Positions 1 through 7,422 of a DNA stretch of 43,520 nucleotides are shown here, piece after piece. The stretch comes from a virus (lineage: Duplodnaviria; Caudoviricetes). Where the stretch lies: positions 1-43,520 of the IMG/VR virus record IMGVR_UViG_3300037483_000044; one strand, written 5' to 3'. The notes under the pieces are model-generated. The model worked only from the letters and a program-made list of their open reading frames with translations, was not told where the DNA came from and ran no database searches. Every line of letters starts with the position of its first letter. Within the stretch, counting starts at the first letter, position 1. Made by a program: the position numbers and the translations under genes.

Positions 1-138
1 CGTAGCGCGGATTACCCATTTGAAATCGAGGAATGGAAAAAGGAATTAGCTGGGTTCTCCCTTGGAGACCTAGTTGCTGGGTTGCAAACTGTCCAACTTA
101 AGGATTTTAACGACTGGCTAGAACCGGCGGGGTTAGCT
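1..138. repeat. Terminal overlap (left copy) showing the contig is a complete circular genome
   Basis: 1-138 is identical to 43383-43520 except G127 vs A43509. Confidence 0.95.
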
Positions 139-252
139 AAACTCTACCGGTTAAGCGAGATGTTGCAATATTACGTAGACACCGTCACATCGGACCCTAG
201 ATTTCCAGACGAGGAAGCAAAACAATACATTCTGAAAGTTAGGTTACTATGA
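1..252 (+). CDS. 3' part of a hypothetical protein spanning the circular junction (~161 aa in total)
   Basis: Open frame RSADYPFEIEEWKK...YILKVRLL ends at TGA 250-252, overlapping the helicase ATG (ATGA). It continues the frame from GTG 43149. Confidence 0.75.
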   Translation, partial: RSADYPFEIEEWKKELAGFSLGDLVAGLQTVQLKDFNDWLEPAGLAKLYRLSEMLQYYVDTVTSDPRFPDEEAKQYILKVRLL

Positions 253-2219
253 GCGTCTTCTTTGATGAAACCACTAACACTGTAGCGGTCGCCCTAACCG
301 ATGCAGTGCAAAAAAGAGACGCGCTTAAAAAGGGAATCACAGACCAAGAAAACCGAATTAAAGAACTCAACACTGAAATAGAGCGGATTAGACGGGAAGC
401 ACAAGAAAACATTACAGCCTTAAGCACAGAGCGCAGTAAAATTGAAGTGGAGATTTTCGACACGCGCAGAGAAATTCGAGCGATCGAAAAGGAAATTTTA
501 GCACTAGAGCAAAAGCTCCGGTTACTTGAAGATGCAGCACGACGTAAAATGGAGTTTCAAGAAAACCAAATTGAATTTGACCGCATTACCGCGGGACTAA
601 GTTGGAGAGAATGGGCTCTCCCGCACCAAATTGATGGCGCACATTGGATGGCAGAATCCAGAAAGAGTATTCTCGCAGACAAGATGGGGTTAGGTAAAAC
701 ACTAACAGCCCTTATTGCTTGTGACATGCTTAAGGCACAGCGAATTTTAATTGTAGCACCATCTGATGTGGTAAAGAACTTTGAGAAAGAAGTAAGGCGT
801 TGGGCGCCGCATAGGAAAACAGTATTAAGTATGTACAAAATGTCTAAGGGTGAGCGCAATGCTGCATTTGAGTTGTTGCGACTTATTCCCGAAAACAATC
901 TTGTCATACTAATTAACTACGAAGCATGGCGTAAAGATAGTTCACTGATTAACAAACTAATTGAGCTAAGATTTGACACAATCATTTTAGATGAAGCACA
1001 CAACGTAAAGAACACCACTACCTTTGCTTACAAGGGCGTAGAGAAGATTACATTCGCAGAGAATTGTTGTCCTTGGTGCGGTGCGGCGATTATTAGCTAC
1101 AGCGTAGATAGATACAACCATTGTATGCGCTGTAGCGACGACAGTTGTGGGTGGGATACCAGAGATAACGTCGAGTGGGATGCAGGAGATAGGCGCAGTA
1201 TTAAAAATGTATTCCCAATGACAGGCACAACAATTCTCAATAGACCAGATGAACTCTATCCACTACTGCATCTTATTCTACCAGAAATCTTCTATGACCT
1301 AGAAGTATTCCGTGTCTTCTACTGCACTCAGAACAAGTACAATGGCAAGTGGGAATTCGCACCAGGTGCAATGGATAAACTAGCACAGCATCTTAAGGGC
1401 AGGTATGTAATGCGTACCCGCCATGATGCTAACGTCAAGATTCCTAAGCAAGACATCATTGTCCACGAAATTCCGCTACAGGAAGTACAAGAGTTTTATC
1501 CTGGCCAATTCAAGATCATGCAGCAACTCTCTAAGTATGCGCAAATTGTACTGGATTCTGGTAAGAAGTTAACACCAATGGCTGCTATTACGGTTATTCT
1601 ACGTAAGAGACAAGCTAATGTACTTCCGGCTGGAATTGAACTGAAAGATGGAGACGGCAATGTCATATTCTCAGTTGGGGATGAGACAAGCGAATCTGTC
1701 AAAATTGATAAGGCGTTTGAGTTACTTACAGAAATTACAGCAGATGGGCTCACTTTCGGTGAGAGGGCGGTTGTCTTTTCACAATTTAAGGCCCCGCTCC
1801 ATGCCCTATCTGAAAGACTTAACGACGCCGGTATTAGTTCGATCGTATTTGATGGCAGCACACCGGAAAAGATCAGGGAAGAAATTAAGGCGGACTTCGA
1901 CCGCGCAGTAGACGGAGAAAGAAAATGGCAAGTAGTTCTTGCAAATTACAAGGTTGGAGGAGTAGGACTTAACTTTACAGAAGCAACACACATTATCGCT
2001 CTAGATGAAGAATGGAATCCAGGTAAGAACGAACAAGCTTGGGCTCGAATTGACAGAGTAGGTCAGACCGAAGAAACCACCGTACATATTCTCCGTATTA
2101 CGAGTACAGTAGATACTTGGATGGCTGATCTAAACAATAATAAGCGTCAAATTATTCAAGGATTTGAAGTAACCGCTACAGGGATTCTTGAAGCGATGCG
2201 TAATGGAGAGATGATGTGA
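249..2219 (+). CDS. SNF2-family (SF2) DNA helicase/ATPase with N-terminal coiled coil
   Basis: Motif I LADKMGLGKT, motif II ILDEAH, VFSQF, GGVGLNFT, motif VI QAWARIDRVGQ. Confidence 0.92.
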   Translation: MSVFFDETTNTVAVALTDAVQKRDALKKGITDQENRIKELNTEIERIRREAQENITALSTERSKIEVEIFDTRREIRAIEKEILALEQKLRLLEDAARRKMEFQENQIEFDRITAGLSWREWALPHQIDGAHWMAESRKSILADKMGLGKTLTALIACDMLKAQRILIVAPSDVVKNFEKEVRRWAPHRKTVLSMYKMSKGERNAAFELLRLIPENNLVILINYEAWRKDSSLINKLIELRFDTIILDEAHNVKNTTTFAYKGVEKITFAENCCPWCGAAIISYSVDRYNHCMRCSDDSCGWDTRDNVEWDAGDRRSIKNVFPMTGTTILNRPDELYPLLHLILPEIFYDLEVFRVFYCTQNKYNGKWEFAPGAMDKLAQHLKGRYVMRTRHDANVKIPKQDIIVHEIPLQEVQEFYPGQFKIMQQLSKYAQIVLDSGKKLTPMAAITVILRKRQANVLPAGIELKDGDGNVIFSVGDETSESVKIDKAFELLTEITADGLTFGERAVVFSQFKAPLHALSERLNDAGISSIVFDGSTPEKIREEIKADFDRAVDGERKWQVVLANYKVGGVGLNFTEATHIIALDEEWNPGKNEQAWARIDRVGQTEETTVHILRITSTVDTWMADLNNNKRQIIQGFEVTATGILEAMRNGEMM

Positions 2220-2347
2220 AGAAACTTACTGCTGTGGTTCTTATTGGCCTTAGTATTCTTTCAATGTCTAGCTGTAAGCAAGACAAGGATTGCAATCCAG
2301 ACCAGAAAGGTTTCGAGAACTGTACTAAGGGAGGATGTAATTGCTAA
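2216..2347 (+). CDS. Small Cys-rich putative lipoprotein (43 aa)
   Basis: GTG overlaps the helicase stop. MKKLTAVVLIGLSILSMSS-CKQDKDCNPDQKGFENCTKGGCNC has a basic N-terminus, hydrophobic core and lipobox-like Cys. Confidence 0.6.
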   Translation: MKKLTAVVLIGLSILSMSSCKQDKDCNPDQKGFENCTKGGCNC

Positions 2348-2493
2348 ATCCTAAACATGATAAATGGAAGTGTGGTTGTAACGGATGTACAACTTTTCGT
2401 TATGACTACCACTTAACACGTAGACTAATTAAGAAAGAAAACCAAAAGTTGCTTATGGCACAGCTTTCAGGTAAATGGAAGGTGAAATATTAA
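2341..2493 (+). CDS. Small hypothetical protein (50 aa, CGCNGC)
   Basis: TTG start after GGGAGG; translationally coupled to both neighbours. Confidence 0.5.
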   Translation: MLNPKHDKWKCGCNGCTTFRYDYHLTRRLIKKENQKLLMAQLSGKWKVKY

Positions 2494-2633
2494 TGGTGAC
2501 TGTAGTTAATGGTGAACGAATCGGAAAGATCCATAATGATCCCTGTAGCGGAAGTCCTTCTAGAAGGATTCGCAGAGAAGGTAAGAAGTCTGTCCGTCTT
2601 CGTCGCCTTCTAAGAAGTAAAAATAATGCCTAG
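2493..2633 (+). CDS. Small basic hypothetical protein (46 aa)
   Basis: TAATG coupling with the upstream ORF; MVTVVNGERIGKIHNDPCSG... Confidence 0.5.
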   Translation: MVTVVNGERIGKIHNDPCSGSPSRRIRREGKKSVRLRRLLRSKNNA

Positions 2634-2736
2634 ACGTCCAGGTAAACCGGATAGCTGTGTCCCTGTAGCGATGTTTGTTATAGGATGTATTAGCTATCTA
2701 ACTATTGTTGCTGCTTGGGGTTTTAGAATAGTTTAA
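2626..2736 (+). CDS. Small membrane peptide (36 aa)
   Basis: MPRRPGKPDSCVPVAMFVIGCISYLTIVAAWGFRIV has one hydrophobic segment and overlaps the upstream stop. Confidence 0.5.
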   Translation: MPRRPGKPDSCVPVAMFVIGCISYLTIVAAWGFRIV

Positions 2737-2788
2737 CTAAGCACGATCTGCCTCGAACTTGTAAACCTCTTACTGTGGGAGCAGAATT

Positions 2789-2998
2789 ATGAAGCTAAAG
2801 TGTCTAAAGCACGATCGTCGGGTTATTGCTGTTGGAGATAACTTCATTCATCGGACTGGTGATGGAAGTCACTGTGATTCTGCAGCGGCAGTAATCGGAG
2901 GTGATGTGGTCACTCCACTAACCTTAATGACATGCTCAGAAGAGAAAATCACCCGCTACAGAAGTCTGTGCTCTAAAAGGGGTATACCCGAGATGTAA
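2789..2998 (+). CDS. Hypothetical protein (Cys/His-containing)
   Basis: ORF track; GGGAG RBS upstream. Confidence 0.65.
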   Translation: MKLKCLKHDRRVIAVGDNFIHRTGDGSHCDSAAAVIGGDVVTPLTLMTCSEEKITRYRSLCSKRGIPEM

Positions 2999-3018
2999 GT
3001 TCGGGATACTTAAACGAC

Positions 3019-3046
3019 CAACTCGGCTATCAACTCGGCTATCAAC
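3019..3046. repeat. 12-bp tandem repeat CAACTCGGCTAT x2.3
   Basis: Read directly from the sequence, in the intergenic gap. Confidence 0.85.
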
Positions 3047-3109
3047 CGTAAAGTCGCCCTTTAGGCGCAGAGATAACTACAGCCAAATATCCAACTATCA
3101 GAGGAGATT

Positions 3110-3412
3110 ATGATGTGCGATCGCTGCGACAAGGCTAAGACTGAGTACAACAAAGCCGTGGCTGAGTACGTCAAGGCTAAGACTGAGTACAACAAGACTG
3201 ATGCTGAGTACGACAAAGCCGTGTCTAGGTACGTCAAGGCTGATGCTGAGTACGACAAGGCTAAGACTGAGTACGACAAAGCCGTGGCTGAATACTATAA
3301 GCTTGATGCTGAGTACAACAAGGCTGATGCTGAGTACAACAAGGCTGATGCTGAATACGTCAAAGCCGTGGCTGAGTACGACAAAGCCGTGTCTAGGTGC
3401 TCGATTACGTAG
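3110..3412 (+). CDS. Heptad-repeat coiled-coil protein with N-terminal CxxC
   Basis: GAGGAG RBS; about 12 tandem 21-nt units encode EY(N/D/V)KA(VA/KT/DA). Confidence 0.8.
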   Translation: MMCDRCDKAKTEYNKAVAEYVKAKTEYNKTDAEYDKAVSRYVKADAEYDKAKTEYDKAVAEYYKLDAEYNKADAEYNKADAEYVKAVAEYDKAVSRCSIT

Positions 3413-3419
3413 ATGGTAA

Positions 3420-3492
3420 GCGCCGTTAGCTCAGATGGTAGAGCAGCTGACTTTTAATCAGCGGGTCATAGGTTCGAGCCCTATACGGCGCA
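3420..3492 (+). tRNA. tRNA-Lys(UUU)
   Basis: Acceptor GCGCCGT/ACGGCGC, anticodon arm GCTGA-CTTTTAA-TCAGC, GGTTCGAGCC T-arm; no encoded CCA. Confidence 0.95.
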
Positions 3493-3521
3493 CGAATTCA
3501 AAGTCTAGTCAAGGAGTCAAA

Positions 3522-3674
3522 ATGTGTGACAAGTGTCTTGAAACTGGCGCAGAGCTGAACGACACTACGTCTCGATTCGAGACTGCTAGGATCGCGTTCA
3601 ACGAGGCTGTTAATCAACAGCATGAGGCTAGGCTTGCATATGATGCAGCTAAGGCCAAGTGCCAAGACAAGTAA
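3522..3674 (+). CDS. Small coiled-coil protein MCDKC...KCQDK (50 aa)
   Basis: AAGGAG RBS before ATG 3522. The longer track ORF (3435) runs through the tRNA, so the start was moved. Confidence 0.75.
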   Translation: MCDKCLETGAELNDTTSRFETARIAFNEAVNQQHEARLAYDAAKAKCQDK

Positions 3675-4210
3675 CCGGAGAATAGCGAGCGTCCCGAAAT
3701 CCTGACCGGGCAGGTCTGTTATAAAGCGAGTGCCACCCAACTCGAAGAGATGTCAGCAGGCGGTTAAGAGCTCCCTGTATACGAAAGGCAAAACTCTTCG
3801 ACGAGTGTGACAGACGAGAACTTAAGCCCGGTGCGGCAGATAAGTTGACACTAGCCTTTAAAGATAGGTTGTTCCGTTAGTGGGAGCATTAATGTCGGTC
3901 TATCTAGTGTACGCCGTGCCTATTACTTATCTGCGTGAAGTCTCCCAACTATTATAGAGGTAGTTGCCAGTCGCCTCACGGGATGACAACTGGTATAAGT
4001 ATTACTCTTCGGTGTTGTTACACTGACAACTATCGGAGTTTTTGTAAGGGGCAGGCGATATGGAGTAGTGACCAGGATCGCCCTGTAGCGCAGATTAGGT
4101 ATCTAGCGGACAGACAAAAAGAGAGCCGGTTTATTAACTAGCCCGGTTGAAGTCTGGTGAAAAGCCAGAGCCTCTCATAACAAAAAGCCCCCATTAATAA
4201 CCCGATGTCT
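3675..4210 (+). ncRNA. Large structured non-coding RNA, ROOL-like candidate
   Basis: Nested stems 3705-3711/3826-3832, 3714-3722/3807-3815, 3742-3749/3794-3801, 3836-3845/3925-3934 and 3848-3854/3904-3910, plus TCTGG-TGAAAAG-CCAGA. It lies between two tRNAs with no RBS-led ORF. The family call rests on remembered motifs only. Confidence 0.7.
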
Positions 4211-4223
4211 AACAAGGAGTCCA

Positions 4224-4319
4224 ATGATGGGTGATGTCTTTAGTATTAAAACTTCAAGCGTATTTCGTGTAATGAAATCTGCGGACTATGGAGAGCAGTT
4301 TGTGAGGGTTCAAATCTAA
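4224..4319 (+). CDS. Tiny hypothetical protein (31 aa)
   Basis: AAGGAGTCCA-ATG leader, almost identical to the leader of the next gene. Confidence 0.45.
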   Translation: MMGDVFSIKTSSVFRVMKSADYGEQFVRVQI

Positions 4320-4345
4320 ATCGTAATAGCTAAAAAGGAGTCCAA

Positions 4346-4699
4346 ATGTCTGTTGCAGCCATGGACGATATGTGGGATGCTCTACAGTGGGTATACGATA
4401 ATAATAAAATTCCTGCGTACTGTAGGAAGTCTTGGAAAAACATGCTGGACTATAAGGACCAAAAAACTACAAATCGAGCATATGAAGATGCCGAATTCAT
4501 TTACAACTCAGAATTCATTTACGACTCAGATGACACTAACGTCGTTCTTATCTACCGTGCTATTAGAGCTGCTTATATTGCCTTCCATTACTTGTTAGAC
4601 GATACACTGAATCTTAATGCTACTGTCACAGCCCTTGTAAAGGAGCGTACTATGTATGCAATAACTCAATGTGTTAAATTGGGCTACCCAAAATCCTAG
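4346..4699 (+). CDS. Hypothetical protein
   Basis: AAGGAG RBS; 117-aa ORF. Confidence 0.75.
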   Translation: MSVAAMDDMWDALQWVYDNNKIPAYCRKSWKNMLDYKDQKTTNRAYEDAEFIYNSEFIYDSDDTNVVLIYRAIRAAYIAFHYLLDDTLNLNATVTALVKERTMYAITQCVKLGYPKS

Positions 4700-4708
4700 T
4701 AATGCTAT

Positions 4709-4781
4709 TCCCTCATAGCTCAATTGGCAGAGTGAGCGGCTGTTAACCGCTAAGTTGTAGGTTCGAGTCCTACTGAGGGAG
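4709..4781 (+). tRNA. tRNA-Asn(GUU)
   Basis: Acceptor TCCCTCA/TGAGGGA, anticodon arm AGCGG-CTGTTAA-CCGCT, GGTTCGAGTCC T-arm, discriminator G. Confidence 0.95.
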
Positions 4782-4950
4782 CATGTGTGAATCCACTTGT
4801 CCTTACCATCACTATGTGAAGAAATCTAATGGAGAATGGAGATGTATCCATTGTGGAAAAAGGACTATGGGATAGGATAAGGGATTGGTATAGACCAGAG
4901 GAACTTAATCCTGAATTAGATTATGGGGATGGTTACGATGAGGATGAATA

Positions 4951-5373
4951 ATGTTGGAGTACGCTAATGGAGAGCTTATAGTAGATTGGATTGATTATCC
5001 GTCATATTGGCGTAGTAAAATATGTACTTGTGCACATAGTGTATATGGATATTACGGAGAATATCCTGTAACTCTTATTGACGGTAGATGTTCTAAATGT
5101 AGAAAACACAGGAATCATATCCTGCATACTTGTATCTCTTGTAATGAGATTTTTGCTAAGGATTTTAAACATCCAGGATTCGACTGGAAAATGCCAGAAT
5201 GCTGGGAGTGTTTAGAGAGAAATCCTGATTATGTATGCCAGAATTATCCAGAACAAGTTATAGAATATAATATACAACAAGGTAAAGTTCCTTCAAAGAT
5301 TAAAAAAGAATCTGAAATGTTACGCCTAGCCGAAGGACCTTCTGTTTTTTCTTTCTTAAAAGGAATAAAATGA
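4951..5373 (+). CDS. Cys-rich (putative Zn-binding) hypothetical protein
   Basis: CTC, CSKC, CISC and CWEC pairs. Confidence 0.7.
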   Translation: MLEYANGELIVDWIDYPSYWRSKICTCAHSVYGYYGEYPVTLIDGRCSKCRKHRNHILHTCISCNEIFAKDFKHPGFDWKMPECWECLERNPDYVCQNYPEQVIEYNIQQGKVPSKIKKESEMLRLAEGPSVFSFLKGIK

Positions 5374-5723
5374 CTACACGTACACGTACATCAGGTGCTT
5401 CCAAAAAATTACTGGATTATCTCACTATGAATGCTGATCGTCCTATCTTTATAGAAGACCTTGTAAAAGATACAGGGGTTAAGTACAGCACTATATCCAC
5501 TGCTTTTACTAGACTTACTCAACTGTACCCTAATGCAGAAAGAATAGGAAAAGGTATTTATAGATGGAGCAGTAAACCTTCTGGTATACCTGTGACAATA
5601 GCAGATGTTACATCTATTAAGGAGTTCATAGTAAAAGTTCTTGATACAAAAGAAGATGGTACTATGTTAGTATCCGAAGAGGATTCAGAGAGACTATTCG
5701 TAATGAAGCCACTAGAATGGTAA
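5370..5723 (+). CDS. Putative winged-helix DNA-binding protein
   Basis: IEDLVKDTGVKYSTISTAFTRL (HTH-like) followed by wing-like ERIGKGIYRW. Confidence 0.65.
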   Translation: MTTRTRTSGASKKLLDYLTMNADRPIFIEDLVKDTGVKYSTISTAFTRLTQLYPNAERIGKGIYRWSSKPSGIPVTIADVTSIKEFIVKVLDTKEDGTMLVSEEDSERLFVMKPLEW

Positions 5724-5729
5724 TAGGAG

Positions 5730-5936
5730 ATGAAAATGGCTAAGTCTAATAATACAGATAATTTCGCGCTAGCTCTTGGGGACTTTCTTAACGGAATGTC
5801 TGATGTCCAGCTAAGTGACGGGGACATGGGAGAAATTACTGTAACTGATCTAAACCCGCCACGCTTTACTGTAGAGGTTCTCAATTTTACAGATGAGACT
5901 ACTAAGAGTTTTGAAATCACTGTCAGAGAAGTCTAA
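5730..5936 (+). CDS. Acidic hypothetical protein
   Basis: AGGAG RBS; the start may be 5736. Confidence 0.7.
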   Translation: MKMAKSNNTDNFALALGDFLNGMSDVQLSDGDMGEITVTDLNPPRFTVEVLNFTDETTKSFEITVREV

Positions 5937-5950
5937 GTAGCTTACAGGAT

Positions 5951-6020
5951 CGGGCCCGGTCAAGTTTCTCCACCTTGAGGTAAGGGGAGGGATCCGGGGA
6001 GTGGGAGGGTACCCCACATT
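5951..6020 (+). ncRNA. Structured intergenic element, copy 1 (unknown family)
   Basis: CGGGCCCGG...CCGGGGAGTGGGAGGG...TACCCCACATT is shared with 11541-11668; GC-rich island in AT-rich DNA. Confidence 0.55.
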
Positions 6021-6051
6021 TACATCAAAATTTAATGAAAAGGACTATCCA

Positions 6052-6276
6052 ATGCGTCTTAAAAAAAATGACGATGGTTCAGTAACTATTGCTCCAGATG
6101 AAGATAATAAATTAGCTATTGTAGCTGTAGCTGAATATAAAGGAACTACAAACGTTGTAGAGTTCTATGCAGGTGATATTATTTCTGGTCCCGATAAACT
6201 CAAGGTATACATGGGATTTGCTAAATATATTATGGGATGTGTAGATTATCTGCACGCACACGAGTGGGATACCTAA
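6052..6276 (+). CDS. Hypothetical protein
   Basis: AAGGA RBS before ATG 6052 (MRLKKNDDG...). The track start at 6001 lies inside the structured element. Confidence 0.7.
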   Translation: MRLKKNDDGSVTIAPDEDNKLAIVAVAEYKGTTNVVEFYAGDIISGPDKLKVYMGFAKYIMGCVDYLHAHEWDT

Positions 6277-6381
6277 AATGAATAAAAAACTTTCTTGTGG
6301 ACATACTCGGTTTATCGAAACACAACGATTGTACGAGAGATGGCATTTTTGCTTTGAATGCGATGACATGAGGCGAGAAGT

Positions 6382-6582
6382 ATGAAAATTTTGATAGGTC
6401 TGATGCTTTTAATTGCAGGAATTACATCACCTACGCCGGTTCATGTACCTCACGGAATGTATAATACACCTACTGGGTATGCTCCAACTTATAGTTGGGA
6501 TAGGATATTTAATGAGTATACATTAGATGATCCAATAGTAAGATCTTCAAGCAGCAAGGATATTATTGATGGTAACAACTAA
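6382..6582 (+). CDS. Putative secreted/membrane small protein
   Basis: Signal-like N-terminus MKILIGLMLLIAGIT. Confidence 0.6.
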   Translation: MKILIGLMLLIAGITSPTPVHVPHGMYNTPTGYAPTYSWDRIFNEYTLDDPIVRSSSSKDIIDGNN

Positions 6583-6790
6583 AATTGACTATGTTCTTAA
6601 TGTATCTGTTACAAAAAGAGCAACAGATTTCACTACTACTAAAACTGGGTATGGACCTTCCGAGAGAGAAGATGTATCAAAAGGTATAACTATAGTAACT
6701 GAAGTAACTAAGATTGTACAAAAGGCTTCCTCATTAGAGGAAGTTAAGCGTATTGCACTAGGTTTAATACAACTTATTCCAGGAGAGTAA
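6566..6790 (+). CDS. Hypothetical protein
   Basis: ORF in a tightly packed operon. Confidence 0.65.
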   Translation: MMVTTKIDYVLNVSVTKRATDFTTTKTGYGPSEREDVSKGITIVTEVTKIVQKASSLEEVKRIALGLIQLIPGE

Positions 6791-6795
6791 CGTGA

Positions 6796-7176
6796 ATGGG
6801 ATCAAAGGAGACATACTCGGGACTTAGTCGCCGAGATCAGCAATATCTTCGTATAGCCACCTCTGTAGCGCGTACAAGTACGGCACGCCAGAAACATGGA
6901 TCAGTTATTATATCCGGGGGTAGAGTAATCGCTACAGGGGTTAACAAGATGCGAAATGATCCATTAGTTTTAGACGAACTGTCAATTTCAGATGGAGCTA
7001 GTTATCACGCAGAATACGACGCAATGCGTAAGTTAGGTTTTGAAGTACCTTCTAGAGCTACTATTTACGTAGCTCGTGTTAATAAGCAAGGAGTCACAAG
7101 ATTATCCAGACCTTGTGATAAGTGCTGGAAACTTCTGCTAAAGTACGAAATAAAAGAAGTGGTATATACAGTATGA
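6796..7176 (+). CDS. CMP/dCMP-type zinc deaminase
   Basis: KHGSVII...IATGVN, HAE and PCDKC motifs. Confidence 0.88.
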   Translation: MGSKETYSGLSRRDQQYLRIATSVARTSTARQKHGSVIISGGRVIATGVNKMRNDPLVLDELSISDGASYHAEYDAMRKLGFEVPSRATIYVARVNKQGVTRLSRPCDKCWKLLLKYEIKEVVYTV

Positions 7177-7397
7177 GCCTATTAGTTGAAGAAGAACCCA
7201 TTTTTGTATCCATCTTGCTAAATTTATATTCACCTACAAAAACAGACGCAACTAATTATTTGAAAGTTATAGCTGTACCTGCTAGATTAAGAGAGATTGG
7301 AATACTAACAGAATATGAGACAATTGAATTAACAGAAGTACGTTCTTATTTAGAGGATAGAGTTATTGGGATACTAGGAGATTGGTATACCACTTGA
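7173..7397 (+). CDS. Hypothetical protein
   Basis: ATGA coupling with the deaminase stop (MSLLVEEEP...). Confidence 0.65.
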   Translation: MSLLVEEEPIFVSILLNLYSPTKTDATNYLKVIAVPARLREIGILTEYETIELTEVRSYLEDRVIGILGDWYTT

Positions 7398-7422
7398 CAG
7401 GATGTATATGCGGTCATATACT
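7394..7422 (+). promoter_or_regulatory. SigA/sigma70-type promoter upstream of the endolysin
   Basis: TTGACA-17 nt-TATACT. Confidence 0.75.

Noticed and set aside
1-138. Biological direct terminal repeat
   Set aside because: The repeat falls in the middle of an ORF that reads through the join, so it is better explained as assembly circularisation overlap.
2541-2551. f1/M13 origin vector contamination (CCCTGTAGCGG)
   Set aside because: Only the 10-11-mer matches. The flanks are phage sequence and copies are embedded in native ORFs.
3130-3400. CRISPR array or DGR template/variable repeat
   Set aside because: Units are contiguous 21-mers without unique spacers and keep a coding frame. No reverse transcriptase or cas operon is present.
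3435-3521. N-terminal extension of the 79-aa ORF in the track
   Set aside because: It runs through tRNA-Lys; a strong RBS supports ATG 3522.
3935-4141. 68-aa ORF (and the antisense 3498-3740 ORF)
   Set aside because: No RBS and atypical composition; it lies within the extensively paired RNA region.
3675-4210. Group I intron, tmRNA or RNase P RNA
   Set aside because: It does not interrupt a gene. I could not find tmRNA tRNA-like ends, RNase P GAGGAAAGUCC, or group I P7 signatures by eye; cmscan should confirm.
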